Part shown: positions 13,300 through 27,619 of the stretch, piece after piece | Layout: each line of letters opens with the position of its first letter | How positions within the stretch are numbered: position 1 is the first letter of the stretch | DNA from: Hypanus sabinus | Taxonomy: Eukaryota | Direction of reading: 5' to 3' | Assembly: GCF_030144855.1 (NCBI RefSeq) | Contig: NC_082731.1 | Span: 23,808,001 to 23,872,000, forward strand | Length of the DNA: 64,000 nucleotides | Program-made: the position numbers and the translations under genes | The notes under the pieces: model-generated | Told to the model about the DNA's origin: nothing | Seen by the model: only the letters and a program-made list of their open reading frames with translations | Database searches by the model: none

Positions 13300-15200
13300 G
13301 CCGGCCCATGGACCGTCCATATCATCAGAGAATCGATAGGTGTTGGCCAGGCAGGCGATTTGGTTGGAAGTCGAGTTTCCCGTAGTTAGGGGGTGCACAT
13401 TAAATAGAGGTTGTTCTTGTTTCTGCCTAGAGAGGGAAGGTAGATCTCCTATAATTCCTACAGGGCCAAGTGAAAGTTCAGATGGTTTAGGGCCAAATAT
13501 GTCCCGGATGGTTAAATAACAATGTGCACGCTATTGTAGGCTGAGAATTAATCAATACAGGATGGAACAAGCGCTAAGGGCGCACAGTCATTTGACATGA
13601 TTTCCTTTGATCCTCACAATGTCCCGTAGGAAGCGTTTCCCCACTCTGATCTTTTGACCTGATCAAGACAGTAAGGATAAAGCAAAAAGCGCCGGAGGAT
13701 TGGACACCACCGTCAGCAAGCCACGGCCCGACAGTAGTCTGTGCTGCTGAGGCAATAGCTGATGTCACACAGGCGGAGGTTTTATAGGATTTTGAGGAAG
13801 TATTTAGAGCCGATGTATCCCCGTTAATATCGGTTGATGCACCTATCGAGTATGAAAATGCCGACAGGGAGCCGACCCTCGGACGAGAGCGCTGTTGCAG
13901 AACGTCATCGGTGGAAAAAGGGAGCGTCGTGTATTTTTCTGTTACAACTGTGGTGAGAAGGAATATATCAAGTGGACTTCTGAAGGGCAGATAAACCTTC
14001 GGGAAGGGTGCAAGCAAAAGGCGAAAAACGGGAAACCTCTGGGCGAACAAAACAGGAAACGGCCAGAAGTCTCGAAGGCGCACATTCCAGTCAATGTATT
14101 AAGGAACACTTCAAAGTGCGAAGCTCTATTCCTGAAGGCATAGTGGCGCTATGTGTGTCACGCTTAAATGCTGGGATTGTGCTTAACTCTGAAATGCAGA
14201 GACTGTCTGGTGTTCATGTCGGCGGCTGACAATGATTATCAGGGACAATTCCTATGCGTGGTCACACTCGAGGTGTGGGAACAGCCGATGCCATATCCTC
14301 TACGAATGAAGGAAACTGAAGGAATCTACCATTACCTCTGAGTCACGGACTCCTTGTTCGTAAGTTATAGATTTGGTGGCGGAGAATAATGGGAAGGTAC
14401 GTATGTGTCTTGCGTCTCTAATACTGAAGCGACTTGAAGTCCTGGATTAGTATACTGATCGGTGGATAGAGGATGCGTCAGCCTTCCTGAGTGGAACAAA
14501 ATGTTTGATTGTACTGGAACCTAGGGCTGGAAGTTACCTGATCCACCTGAGTGTTGCTGACAAATAAATGAAAACAATCATGTTCCCACTTGAATTATTT
14601 TAGTTTCAACAAATGTCCCAGAAATTATCCGGTGCACCAGGTTCGTTCCAAATTGTCACTCAGAAGAATGTTGGGCACATCAGCTTGCATGAGGATTTAG
14701 TGTACCTGGCGGTCGCATTTATTCAAAATAAGAAGAACACGAGTACAGGCAACAAAAGGTGTTTGACCAGCAGAAAGTTGAAGAGTTACGCCGTAATGTG
14801 ACACGTGCCAGTCAGCTATGTAGCCGCACGGGACAGAACAGCTACGGAACTTTCCCCGTTAGGTGCGATGTGCCCATGTCCAGACAAAAGAATGTGAGTG
14901 TTAATGCGATCGATCCTTGGATTTTCTGCGCATTACCGGAGGTTCGTGATGGATTTCCAAAGTAAGCCACTCTTTGTGCGTGGGTACTTTCCTTTGCGGA
15001 AGAAAGGGACAAATACAAAAAGCCAAGATTGTAAAGTTCAACTTCGCCCATCGGTATCTTCGGAGCAGAAATTGAGAAGGCCTGCCGGTTTCTCAAGTAA
15101 TTTGATGATATTTCGTCCAATGCCCATAAATCTTGCCTCCCAGGATCTTCTCAAACAACACAGCCACAGATACTTCAGATTCACTATTCTATAAATTCAC
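13300..15200 (+). mobile_element. Degenerate Ty3/Gypsy LTR-retrotransposon internal region (gag knuckle, protease, RT/RNaseH remnants)
   Basis: CYNCGEKEY (CCHC-like), HIPVNVLRNT (protease ILRDTG-like), LGFSAHYRRFV (RT thumb); many stops. Confidence 0.6.
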
Positions 15201-15299
15201 GTGTTTTTCTACTACCTTTCTTGCAACACACCAAAGCTGCAGTACCACTTTTGTTCCCTATTGATGACGTAAAGTTCATCACAAGAGGCTCAGAAATCT

Positions 15300-16400
15300 C
15301 TTCCCTCTACCCTCGCCTGCACTGAATGTATTTCGTCAACACAGTATATCATTCGGTGCCAGTGAGTTATCTAATTCAATCGGTTTCAAGTGCTCGAGGA
15401 CATCCTCTTTCTTGATGTCTAGCCTTTCAGTCGGCAGTACATCATCCCCGCAGCGACCAAGATTTTTTTTATCTCTCCCCTTTGAATACTGAGTCATATT
15501 ATTCATTAAATACCTCCACTAGCTTCTCATACTCCATGCAAAGGTTTCTACTATCACACCTCATTGGTGCTTTTTTCACACGCTATTTACTCTTGCTCTT
15601 CAGATACTTGAAGAATGCAGTGGGTTTTCTGTAATCCTGCTCATCAAGGCCTTCTCATCGCACCTTCTGTTCCTACTAATTCTATTCATCAGCTCCTTCC
15701 GAGGAACATTGTTATTTTCAAGATATCTAACAGTACCTAGTATGTTGTAGCTTTCGTAAGCTTTTCTTTTCTTCTTATCTAGATATTGTACCAGCGTTCT
15801 TAAGCCCTACTATCCTTTCGCTGCATTAATGGAACTTAATGCAGAACCCCATACAAACGTTCCCTGAACATTTTCAACATTTCTGCCGAGCCATTCCTGT
15901 GAACATCCGTTCCCAACTACCTACCTAATAAAGTATCATTTCACCATATGCAAATTAAATGTATTCCACAATTGTCTATTCTATCCCTCTCCAGAAGGTG
16001 ATAACGCTGTGATCATTTCGTGCAAAATGCACTCCCACCGATATAATTTATTGGCTTATCCATATATTGTGTCAGGAAACCACCTGACCACAACTAAAAT
16101 AAATCGACCTCACCTAAAGCCCTTACGCTTAAGAGAAGCAAAAAAATTTAGGAAAGTTAAAATCTCCCATCAGAATAACCCTATTAATATTGCTGAGATC
16201 CAAGAACTGCCTCTCTATCTGCTCCACAATATGCCAATTAATACTGGGGGGGGGGGTACTTTATATTAAAACAACCTCAATAGTGTGATTGACTAATTCC
16301 TGTTTTGAATTCCACGCACTGAATTAGTGAGCCATACATTCATGACTTTTGTTTCCCTTTTCTGCAGCCATGATTCTATCTCTAAGTAGCTGGCACTTGT
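15300..16400 (-). mobile_element. Highly decayed CR1 endonuclease-region remnant
   Basis: Nucleotide similarity by eye to the CR1 copies at 10.9-11.9 kb and 29.4-30.6 kb. Confidence 0.4.
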
Positions 16401-17459
16401 TTTGCCTCACTCTCGGTTCTTTTTGAAACATCTAAAGCTATCACACTCATACCCATTCCTGCTCCTGAGACAATCAAGTCTCTGTGATGTCCAAAACTTT
16501 ATATTTCCACGAGTTGATCCACACTCTAAGGTTATCCCACTTGTTTATGATAACAACTGGATAATCCAGGGTAGTTACCGAATCCTGAATGAAGCTGCTG
16601 CATTTTTGAAACGCTATTTGATGCTTGGGCGCAACGCGGTAATACATGTGGATGTCTGTTTTGAAACAGTCGGGGAAACTGAAAGGAGACAGACCTTACG
16701 TATGTACGAAGAGAAATGCAACAGGCGTATTAACTGGCAAAGTTCTCTACTATCATGTAGAAACAAAGAAAAAAATAATTATGATCAAAATATTTGATTC
16801 TACGAACTAATGCCTGGAGGTAATGTTTCAATCCGGACTTGACGGTTACCCAAAAATCAAACGGTGGCTTACCACTTGGTAGCTACGCATTTCTCTGTGG
16901 TGAGTCAACTACCAAATGAGACACTTTCCAGTTGAAGGTTAAAGACAGGACTGTGCCAGTGAAAAATTGCAATCAGAACCACTGTTTTACCTCCGACATT
17001 GGAAATACGGTGTTGACTCAGAGAATGGTATAGTCGTTACACCAAGCAGGCTTCTCTGAACAACAATAGAAACACAAATCGACAATCAGTAGAGATGACC
17101 TCCGCAGATCTATCGAATAAATATTGGACGGAATCAGAGAATGAGAAAGTAGGTTTGTGTTATTGATTAACTTAAGCAAACTTCCCAGTAGTTAATGAAG
17201 ATATTTCCGAACCACTCCACATTAAATAGGATATGGCGAGAGAGGGAGGGCGGGGAATGTTAGTGCTACTAGCAGTTTATAGGCAGAATGGTGAAAGAAA
17301 TATGAAAGAAAATTGTGGTCCAAGGTAGCCGGGTTTAAAACTGAGCTCATTTAAGTGGCATAGGGACCTTAGTTGCCAAACGTCTCCATATACGTAGGGC
17401 AGATCCCAAGGAACGTCTGAGACTGAAGAAACAGACATTGAATCAGGAATTCCTAACCA

Positions 17460-18130
17460 GCCAGCTAAACCGTGATATGCTCTCCCTGCCGCAGCAAGGG
17501 AACATAGAGATTTGACTAATACTTGAGGAGGATTCGCCACTGGAATTTACAGATAGATTGGTAGTTATGGCATCACAACATTTCTTTGAATAAGATTTTA
17601 TTAATGATCGGTTGATAATATTCAAAGTCATGAGGATATGAGATTTAATTCTAATGTAGTAGGTCTTTTCCTTAAATGGATATCTGTAGAAGACTTGTGT
17701 TCAGCTGGTAGTGTTTCTGGTTACCGTAAAATGTAAAAAAAAAAATAGTTGTGATGTTCATATTTAAAATGCCGTGTTATCCAATCAGAATGGTGGAATT
17801 GGCGGATAATTGTAGAATACGCTGAATGCAGAGGTTTTGTGACGGCATCTGATGTCGGTGTTGGTCTTCCTCGGGCGAAGACAGAGAGAGAAGATGCTCG
17901 AGAGAAGTGGTCTTGGATATCACACACTTCTTCATCTCTGCTATGTCTTCCCAATCTACGGTAACTGATTGATGAGTTAGGGCACAGTAATCAGGTGAGT
18001 CAGTAAATTTTTATCGTAATTGGCACGGCTTAAAATTGACCGCAACTGCGACCAACCATTCTCCTTGAGACATCCACGACTATTTAAAGTTTCTCAGCAC
18101 GCTATTTTGGTAGTTGGGCACCAATGATGC
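17460..18130. mobile_element. Possible Tigger/pogo-like DNA transposon remnant
   Basis: Terminal-type sequence near 18000-18130 (taattggcac...ctattttggtagttgggcacca) resembles Tigger-like ends; no intact ORF. Confidence 0.3.
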
Positions 18131-19619
18131 GACCACAAAAAAAGGGAAAATTAGAATTCAAATTAGAAAATTAGAAAACAAATAAATAATTCACCATGTT
18201 GCTTGATTGTCCTTATCAAACTTAACATGAACAATGATGTCATCCAAGTTAAAGTAAATACTTGGAGAAACATGTAGCACTTAGTTCATAGCTTTCTCAC
18301 AGATTGGTGCGACAGATACTACTCTAAAATAGATGCCAGTTGTAGCGACAGACTTTTGTGAGTGGTTCTGGATCGAAACACGGGTTCACCTATAATCTAT
18401 CAGAGGCACCTACGTTCAGGTAGCATCTTCGGAGTTTCTTTTTTGTTTGTTTTCCGAAGAGTTTCCCTTCAGACTGGTTTGCAATAATGTATTCAATTTT
18501 AGGCAGAGAGCCTTGATGTACCTTCAGTACTTTGTTGACGGTGAATTAAAATTTCCACACAAAATGACAAACTCTTTATTTTTGGCTAACTTTACAACTG
18601 TTGTTCCCCATAGATCTAATCAAAGGGACCAATAACGACTTCAGCCTTTGTGCAATGTATCCACTTGCAAATGTAAATACAATTAAATGTATTGAATTCC
18701 ACTTACCGTAGCACATCCTTGCGAAACAGGATGATCAGCACTAATACGCATTAAGCAAAACTCGTAAAACCGTTTGGATATCCATCAATTCGTCGTTGTT
18801 CCTTTGTCAAAGACCATCGGTAGATTACTGTTTATTCCACACAAAGCAACAACAACCTCTGCACTGAGTTGCCATAAAGAGTAAGATATTATTTTAAATG
18901 AATGTTCCATTTATTTTCTGGGCTAATTAATAAGTACATGTACAAAGTATTAGTATATCAGAAATACTTTGTTTAATATATTGATAACCGTATTTTGGTT
19001 AACACAGTTGTATTGCGTTGTATTGCTTTCTATTTTACTCGTATATTTCAATGCATTTTGCTGCGAAGCGGTCCTTTGGTGTTACTGGACTGCCAAAGAA
19101 CTCCATACGGTATTAAAATGAAGTTTATAATTACTACCCTATCAAGAGAAAAACGTTTGAACAACCCTAGGGCGCTGGATGACGAAGCACGTCCTAACAG
19201 CACTGACTAATACATTAATTAACTTATAACCGTCTGCTGTTCCTGTCGTAATTCCTATTATTGAAGAGTTTCGTTTTCTGAAAGAGAGCAAGAATATTGC
19301 AAACTGAACAACTTACCACTAGAAGAGCAATACTCAAACGACTGGAGATGTTTGTTTTTCATATTACTGTCAACTGTAATAATGGTCTGTGAGCTTACTG
19401 GAACAGAACAATGAAACAGCAGTGCACTTTCAGACAAACATAAGACATTCAGAGTCCATCGCGTCCCGAATTCTAAATCTACTGGAATTCCATACTTGCG
19501 ATGGAAGGTACTGTGTTTCGCTCTATCATTAATTTGACATTTTATATTATGTTTCACATGATGCCTCTTGTTTGCGCATACTGATGTTATTTTACGGTCT
19601 GAAAGACAATTCAGAGTGC

Positions 19620-19884
19620 AGCTGTTACATGCACACACATTTCAGTTCTTTGAGAGATTATTCAGAAAGTTTAAAGTTAATAACTTATCTCGTTCTATAC
19701 GAGGCCACGAACTTATCTGTCACCACTGCTGAGGACATTTTCTGGAGGTTCAAAATCGGTATGCTGCATGAACGCTGGACTAAGTTTGTAAATGTAGGCG
19801 GGGACTATGTTGAATAATTAACGTGATAAGATTTCAAAAGTTGACTCCTTTTACCTTAGGCGACGAAATTGATCACACCTCGTA
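19620..19884 (+). mobile_element. Mariner-derived MITE
   Basis: Encodes GMLHERWTKFVNVGGDYVE*; carries two copies of the terminal motif (ggccacgaacttatctgtcacc / ggcgacgaaattgatcacacctcgTA) ending in TA. Confidence 0.7.
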
Positions 19885-19899
19885 AATGGCAACAACAAG

Positions 19900-20230
19900 T
19901 GTCACTTTATTAACATCTTGGATATCTTGCATTCCCGAATGTCCAGCCAGATGAAAGGAATAACTCATTCCAACATTTTGCATGGCACCACAGCAGGAAC
20001 AAACAGACTATTGTGAGGTCCCGCATCTGCGGCTGTGTCCGGCTCATGAGCGTCCGTCACCTTTTCTTCTATCCCCCCTATCAAATGAAAAGCAATACAT
20101 GAGCGAAGGAGAGTGTTTTCGGGATCGTCATTGTCTTCAGATGTATAGATCTGCCTGGAGAGCGCGTTGGCTATGGAATGGTTGCTGTCCGGATGATAGG
20201 TGAGGATAAAATTAAATCTTCTGAGCATGA
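19900..20230 (-). mobile_element. Gypsy pol fragment (RNaseH-integrase junction)
   Basis: LRRFNFILTYHPDSNHSIANALSRQ matches the F.RFNF.LTYRPGSKN.KADALSR motif. Confidence 0.6.
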
Positions 20231-20739
20231 GAACACACCGGGATTGATGAGAGTTAATTATCTGTCTGTTCTAAATGTTGGAGAAGTTCTTGTGATCTGT
20301 ACAGACCAAGAATAGATGTTCTGCCTCATGCAGCATCATTTATACTCTCAGCCAGAGTCACGCGATAGGAAAGATAGCACACAGTTGCGACGAATTTCTA
20401 CAAAGGAGAGCTGAGGGAGTGCAGTACCAAGGCCTACATCTGACAACCATGTAAGGTTACCAGCACGCTTATTCGTTGTTATATATCCACCGTTTGTCGG
20501 CCCTAGTGCATTTTATGTTCATAAAGTTGCAATCACTGCCGAGAAAGCTCACCGACTTCTAAGACATTCAACAATACTGACATATATGACTTCACATGCG
20601 TAGACAGTTCAAAGAACTTGGACGACTAAGTGAACAGGCTTTCTATTTATTATACAGACGGTTACAGAACGTATTGTACGCTCACGGAATGAATCTCAAA
20701 AACTGTCGTTTCCAGCTTACATGTGTTAGTCATACATCC

Positions 20740-21250
20740 ATAGACTCATGAATTAGTTCAGAAATTAAACAGGCCGTTCAGGCCTTCTGCTCTAAGCAGT
20801 TAACCATTTAATCTGCTTTTTCTCAATGGCTCTAACCCTGACCATAGTCCTACATCCCCCAACTATCCAAGCAACTATCGAAATATTCTGAAATCCATCT
20901 GGATTGGACGAAGTGGTGGCATTTCATTTCACATTCTTACGATGCTCTGAGTGAAAGAAATCGTCCCTCATATTTCTGCTTCAACCCTTCGCCTTTCTCC
21001 CTTAAGCCATGACATCTAATTGTAGACGCATGCAGCTTCAGTGGAAAAAAAAACTGTTGGAATTTACTGTATTTATAGCACTCATAATTTTGCATACCTC
21101 CATAATACCTGCTCTTATTTTTTTTTTCGTTCCAAAGAGTAGAATACTGCGCTATTCAGTTGTCCCTTACAACTCTGATCCTCATAATTTTTCTCTCTTC
21201 TCTCTCGAATTTGTTTACATTCATTTCTGTTCATAGGTTATCAAAACTGG
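20740..21250 (-). mobile_element. Decayed CR1 3'-end remnant
   Basis: Similar by eye to CR1 3' ends elsewhere in the window (ggccgttcaggcc..., ctctgagtgaaag..., acaactctgatcctcata). Confidence 0.5.
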
Positions 21251-21933
21251 ACAACTCATGTGCTAGGCGGGAGTGCCAGTAATGGATATCTCACTATTTA
21301 TTTTGTTCCCTGCGATAAACATTTATTTATTTTTTTCTGAAGAAGGAATTGGTAAAATGAAGGTGCTTGATCAAAATTTATCAGCAAAACTACAGAAGAT
21401 CACAGGGCACGAAATGATATAAAGGGATGCTTTCATCCTGTCAATAAAATTCAACTTCAAGAAGTTTACAATTGCAAAGAATGTTTAAAAAGGACAGTTT
21501 ATGATTACGCATATATGAGATATCTAAAAAACATTCACATTTTGTGTTCTTGATTAGTTTTTGTTTACAGAATTGCTTCCAGCAGACCCAATTTTCCAAT
21601 TCTTAAAGGCGAAGGTTCTATGGCAGTTAATACCGTGCTATGAGTGCACGATGCGTGGGAGTTCACAATTCAATTCCGACACCATTACATACAATTTTTG
21701 GAAGTAGAGGTATTTCTGCGTATGATTCACTTTTTCCAACAGCCCAAATAAACTAGTAATTTAATTCGCTATTATAATTTTTCCCGTCATTTCTTGGTGG
21801 CTTGCCACCGCGAATGAAATTAGACGAGAGTGAGATACAATATAATGCGATGTATTTCTATAAATAAGCAAACTATATGTCTATATTACATACGTACGCC
21901 CTCTAACTAGCAGATATGTAACTACTAAGAGTA

Positions 21934-21972
21934 CGTTTTTGTACGAGTGAGCATCATCTCTGCTGTACTGTG
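21934..21972 (-). other. 23-RSS of V2
   Basis: Minus strand: CACAGTA (21972-21966), 23-bp spacer cagcagagatgatgctcactcgt, ACAAAAACG (21942-21934). Confidence 0.95.
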
Positions 21973-22461
21973 AATCTCATGGCACAAACATAGAGGACGG
22001 AATCGGCGACCACAACCGATCGGATCATTAGTGTGGCGATCAAAGTGGTTTTGTTGAACGTTGCAGTGAATCGATGTTTATTCTGCTTGTTTCTTAATAC
22101 ATTCTCACCGATAATCTGAAGCAGGTACTGCGGAGACTGTCCATTGTGTTGTGTGTACCAGTAAACGTATGGAAATTTATCGTCGGTTGTTAACGTACAG
22201 TTTAGTGAGGCATTGCTTCCCTCTTCAAACGATATCTCATCTTCAGATTGTATCACATCTCCCTGAAGGCCCCAAGCTAAGAAAAAGAAAAAAAAATCCC
22301 ACAATCAGTATTCAGCCTAATGCAATTAATATCTATAATAATACAACAACTGCTATCAGGGTAAGAACATTCATGGAAATTCAGGATAAATGTATATTTC
22401 ACTGGCAAAACTTACTTGCAAGTGATATGATGATGAAAAGAGGAGTCAAGAATTGTGACAT
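21973..22461 (-). CDS. TRAV/TRDV: Conventional TCR alpha/delta variable gene segment V2 (leader exon 22461-22416, intron 22415-22277, V exon 22276-21973), open
   Basis: Leader MSQFLTPLFIIISLA with phase-1 donor GTAAGT; acceptor ttttcttag; V domain GDVIQSEDEISFEEGSNASLNCTLTTDDKFPYVYWYTQHNGQSPQYLLQI...RFTATFNKTTLIATLMIRSVVVADSVLYVCAMR; 23-RSS follows. Confidence 0.92.
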
Positions 22462-23517
22462 AATTCTCGTGAATCCGTAACTTTGAAATGCACTTTCCAC
22501 TCAGACTACCCCGTTCTCCACACCCGACTGACACAGCCAGGCACAATAAGTGATCGACTACAGCAATCACTTGAATACAAAGGCTGGCAAGATGACAGGC
22601 GGAGGCAGTAAATGCGAGCGGAAGGATGGCAGTTCACTTGTATCTTTTATTGTCTGCTTGAATGTTTCGGAAATTCGTAGCGAAAAAAAACCTGTGCGAT
22701 ATATATAGACTGGGCGAGAATGGTGATAGCACTTCAAGGAAGAGCTGTGGCTACATTGTTCCAGGTGACGGAATAAATACGCGATTGTACAAAACAGAAT
22801 TATATAGCAACATTTTGTCCTTCTCAACAGTACTCATGGCCAGACAAACCATACTGTTTATTTTGACAAGAGATATAGAGGAACACTAAACTCTATCAAT
22901 TTAATTTATATATGTTTTCATGCTCTTCAGTGGTAAAAGACTACAGCAACCTAAGTAACTTAGTTCTGTACGTGTGTAGTGGCGTGGTGAAGATGGAGAG
23001 TGCATTTAGCGGAAAATGGGGAGACGTAAATATTCCACGGCAAAATATGGAGAGTTTTTGTCTTCCTGCACCAAACAGAAAACCATGCGCCTTCATTGCT
23101 CACTAGACTGCTCATGCCCGGAGCGGCAAGATTCAGTGTGGCAGGGCGAAAGAGAACTGTGTTCCCATAGTCCACCAGAAATTGCTTTCATTATTCCAGG
23201 CAGTTCTTTTCTACGAACAATAAATTATGTTGTTATCGGCGACTACTTTACCTCAACAAAACTGCTTGAAGAGAATATCGTACACGAGTGGAAACCTTCG
23301 GACTATACTAAAAATTTTTATCATGTCTGTTCCTGTACAATGTTTTGAAGAATTGCAGGCAGTGTATTTTGTTTATATTAAGTATTGTTATATTTTGAAG
23401 TGCATTGGCAAGCTTAAATCTTTACAAACATCATCACTCTGGAAAGTTTTGCTCATCCTTCTGGAGTACGCGATAATTTATTCCGTTGTTTTCAGACAGA
23501 AAGGCATCCACTCACAC

Positions 23518-23672
23518 NNNNNNNNNNNNNNNNNNNNNNNNNNNNNNNNNNNNNNNNNNNNNNNNNNNNNNNNNNNNNNNNNNNNNNNNNNNNNNNNNNN
23601 NNNNNNNNNNNNNNNNNNNNNNNNNNNNNNNNNNNNNNNNNNNNNNNNNNNNNNNNNNNNNNNNNNNNNNNN
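23518..23672. other. Assembly gap (155 N)
   Basis: Run of N. Confidence 1.
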
Positions 23673-26600
23673 TGTCATAAATGTTGTCATCCTTCCATTC
23701 TTCCTTCAAATTGGCGTGTTATAAAATATCGGCAGATTTGTTTCACACTAATCCCCTGAGAATTGCCAGGTGATATAAGGTTGACACAATACTCGATACA
23801 CGGGTGTGCGTGGATCGTGTTAACTTGGAAAGGATATCACCGCACAAAGGAGGATGCAGTGTTCTAAATCGGATTGAGCATTATGTTTAAAATTTCCCAG
23901 GACCTGATGGTATATTCTAACTTATTGACTCAGCAAATAAAAAGCGTTTGCAAGTTCTAAACCGATCTCTGATGTCCTCTGGAACCCCATGCCAGTTCAA
24001 GGGGAACTGAAATGTAGTTAAAGTATTTCTTTTAATACTCATGCATGGAAATCTGGTTAAGCATGGAAAGTATAATCGATGACGTCTTGCAATTGTGGAT
24101 AACAAGTTACTTGAGAATAATCACATGGATCGTACTTAGCAGCTTTTCGAAAATCATGTTCTAATTGGTGCCAGTCAATATAGTTGCTTAACCTGGATCT
24201 ATGAAGAAAGTACACATGCACTTCATTAGCGAATTTGACGCTGCTACGGAAGATGAATGTAATGATCCTTTCAATATTTGACATATAAATACAGGAATAA
24301 AAAGAAATATGAATATTGTCTAATATATTGTCTTACATAATATATAAGAAATATAGAAATATTGCTAAATGAATAAATATAAATTTCCAGATAGACGCAG
24401 TTAAGTTTTGTGCTGGTCCGCATCGCAGAAAGCCTGATAATTGTTGACAAAGGATATGTGTCATGTGCTGATGTGAGCAGGAAATGATAGGTGGAATATT
24501 TCGAATACACGAAATAATAAAAATCCCGTAACTTGTGACAGGAAATTGCAGATTCGAAGACGCCCAACATTAAAATACGCAGAAAATATTATGAAATATC
24601 ACAGTTAATTTAATTGTAGAATGTTAAGTTTAATTCTGAAAAGACAGCTTGGTAAAATTATCGGTTGAAAGAGATCGGTAGGAAATACTACTGATACCCC
24701 AGTGCTACCTGAAATGCTCTGCAGTATTTCTTTCCGGCATTTTCCCCATTTACTTCAGCTACCTATGGTATCAGCGCCCAATATTAAACTTGACAGTCAA
24801 ATCAATGTAGTGAACAATATTTTGTTTGCACTCTGCGTTGTCACGGTTCTGAATGCAAGATGTTATTTTTCTCGTATTTTGCTCAATTGAAACAGTTCAG
24901 CTGTTCGCGCGAATAAGTTGATTTCCTTATGTTTTACACGTTAAAATTAAGGCACTGACACGAAATTCACTTTGTGGCAAAAGTATTGCATTATTCCATC
25001 AGTTTTCGCAACTCCTCGATTGTGTCATATTAAGCACCTTAAGCGATCTAAATTAGATTAGGAGTTTTTACTTCATAGCTCTTCAAAGTCCATATCCTCC
25101 CAATTCCGTGATGGCATGTATTCAAAGAAAATGGGGTTCACAGATCCGGAACGCATTTGACAATAATATTCATACACACACCCATACATATAAAAATAAA
25201 ATGACGAGCATAGGCGCAGTAGTTTGAAGTTAATATAGTGCTAATATCAGAGGTAGATGAAGCGAGATGAATTCTGTTTCAGGAAATTAAGTAAAGTTAT
25301 TTAGATGGGAAATGTTCCAGCTAGCGAGTGGTAACTACGAAAAAATAACTGCGTGTGACTTTGGTTGCAGACAGCTTGTTGACCGTATTAAAGAAGAGTA
25401 GGGATGAAGATACGGAAAGTTATGTAGCACATGCTTGTAGAACGGGTCAGTGGGAATTATTCCCACTGGTCAGTGTGGTCAAATCAGTCAGACATATCGT
25501 TTTTCATCCCGAACCAAATAGATCGATGATCTCCGAAGCAGGTGCACTTTGTTCAGAAAGCAATATATTATTCAGTTGTGAGAAATCATTTCCAAAACAT
25601 CTGAACGAGTTCTTAATCGCAAAGCCAAGCCTGGTCAACATGACTAAGTCTAGGTAATGTAGATGGATATTATGGATTGTTGACAATCTACAGATTGAAT
25701 CGTTACATTCGTTTAATTGTGCTGTGCTAGTCCTAATTATAACTGCGAAGGAAATATATGACTCCCGTTAGTGATCAAAATGGCCCAGCAGCACACACCA
25801 CGACTTGAGCGTCGAATATAATCGATGACCTGCTGAACAGTGCATACACTTTTCGTAGCAGTTTTCTATAATTTGTATTTTTTCATCATGCATAACGCAA
25901 CACTGCCGAGACAAGTGTTTGTTTGATTGTTTATTTTTTCCCAATGCGGATTGCAGCAGCAAACTTATGTTTTCCCAATCATGGTATTACCGCACGATAT
26001 TTCCCGTTGGACCAAAACATAAACATCTGCTGAGTAAAGCAACTTTTTTGATATATGATGTAATTGCCTCAACAACAGTGATACTGTCACATGCACTTCG
26101 TTTCAAGATATACGCAAATATAGTTTTATAGGGAGTTTGATATCCAGTCGGAAACTAAAACAAAGTTGCAACATTTTCGTACAGTAAAGTCAGCACTTAA
26201 GTCAACATTTTCGCATAAAAGTCAGATTTCAGCATTTCTTCAGTTAGTTGTTTATAAATTCCAGAGCTGATGTACTTAACACATTTAAGTGCACAGTTCT
26301 AGCTGCAGCAACTCTCTGGTATATTGAAATATTAGTTTATTGCCCAGAATGCAACAACGCAGTATTGCTAAAATTGGTGATAATTCCATCAACTTTCCCT
26401 TGGACAATATCAGAGGTCGATTTCATTCGTGTAAATTGTTTCACGCTCTTTTGGAGTTTCACTTGGCTATTCTATATTAATTTTCGACCTTTCCCGGGTA
26501 CGATAACAAACGCATGATTACTTAAGAATGCATGAAACAATATCATCATTATGAAATCAGTAACAAGGAAGACTCAATCAAAAAATTCAACATGGGTATA

Positions 26601-27619
26601 ACAATTTCCAAATTACGAAATTATTATTAAATTATGAGTTTGTTCGAAATAGTACTTTCCGCAAGTCAGAATGTGGAATCTGTCACATCGAACAGACGCA
26701 AACCACGACACACAAGACTAGTGACTGAAATCTGGTAGCCGAATCAACTACAGACACAATGTTAAAAGCAATCTGTTTTAAGGAGGCAGCGTTGGGCGCT
26801 TATTAGCATTGAACTACCCTCTTTCACTCTGTGTTTATTATTACAAAATGGAATCGCGGTTAGGTTGAAACACTGACAAAGTCACTAGTTTGAAGCACTA
26901 AAATGTTTCAAATATCAATATCCTGATACGTTCATTTTATTAAAAACTTATGGATTATATTCATGAACGCAATGGGGAACAGGGTGTTACAAAAATGTAT
27001 TAACACACATTTCAAAATTATATTAATACTGTATGAAACATATTTTAAGCAGCATGGTAAATAAGTGTAAGTGCGCAGGCGCATTTTAGTTACTGAGCTG
27101 GTGCACACTCGTGCAGCATATAGGGATCAAGACAACCTGGAGAGAGGAGTTCTGCAAACCTGCAACGATGGAGGATTAACTTCTCAACTTCAAACAGGTT
27201 CAAAATTAATGTAGCCCACATAAAATTGATGGGCACAAAGGTAAGTGTGGGAGTGAGAATGGAATTGCAGTGTTAGGTAAATGGGAGCCAAGGATCCCTC
27301 CTGCGACCTGAAAAAAATGTACTGTACAGAGCTCTCATCCAGTCTACCTTCGTTTTGGTTTCCGCTGCAGAGGACAACACATTGTGAGTTCTAATTTATT
27401 ACTAGAAACTTTCGGAAGTACATTTCCATATTTATTTCTAAATGGATATTTAAATTTGGTTAACTGCAAAATCAGTCAGGGGAGGTGAATCGAAATGTGT
27501 TTGATCGCCTGCGGTTGCATGTGATATGGAAATACGGCATTGGTAGGACAGATGATCACTTATAATTGGCCATTCTCTACTTTCCTTCAACTGATTGTAT
27601 CATTTTTATATGGCATACA

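Noticed and set aside
18280-18760. Leader-like VLVLIILF with a GTAAGT donor and downstream TGIYF
   Set aside because: No in-frame ATG, wrong phase, multiple stops, no Cys104 or RSS.
22567-22827. Minus ORF with C..VYIYR and a shifted-frame SARIYC, V-like
   Set aside because: No Trp41, no heptamer or nonamer; likely chance.
24690-24800. Plus-strand LKC...YLWYQRP motif
   Set aside because: Bounded by stops, no FR3 or RSS, and opposite orientation to all real segments.
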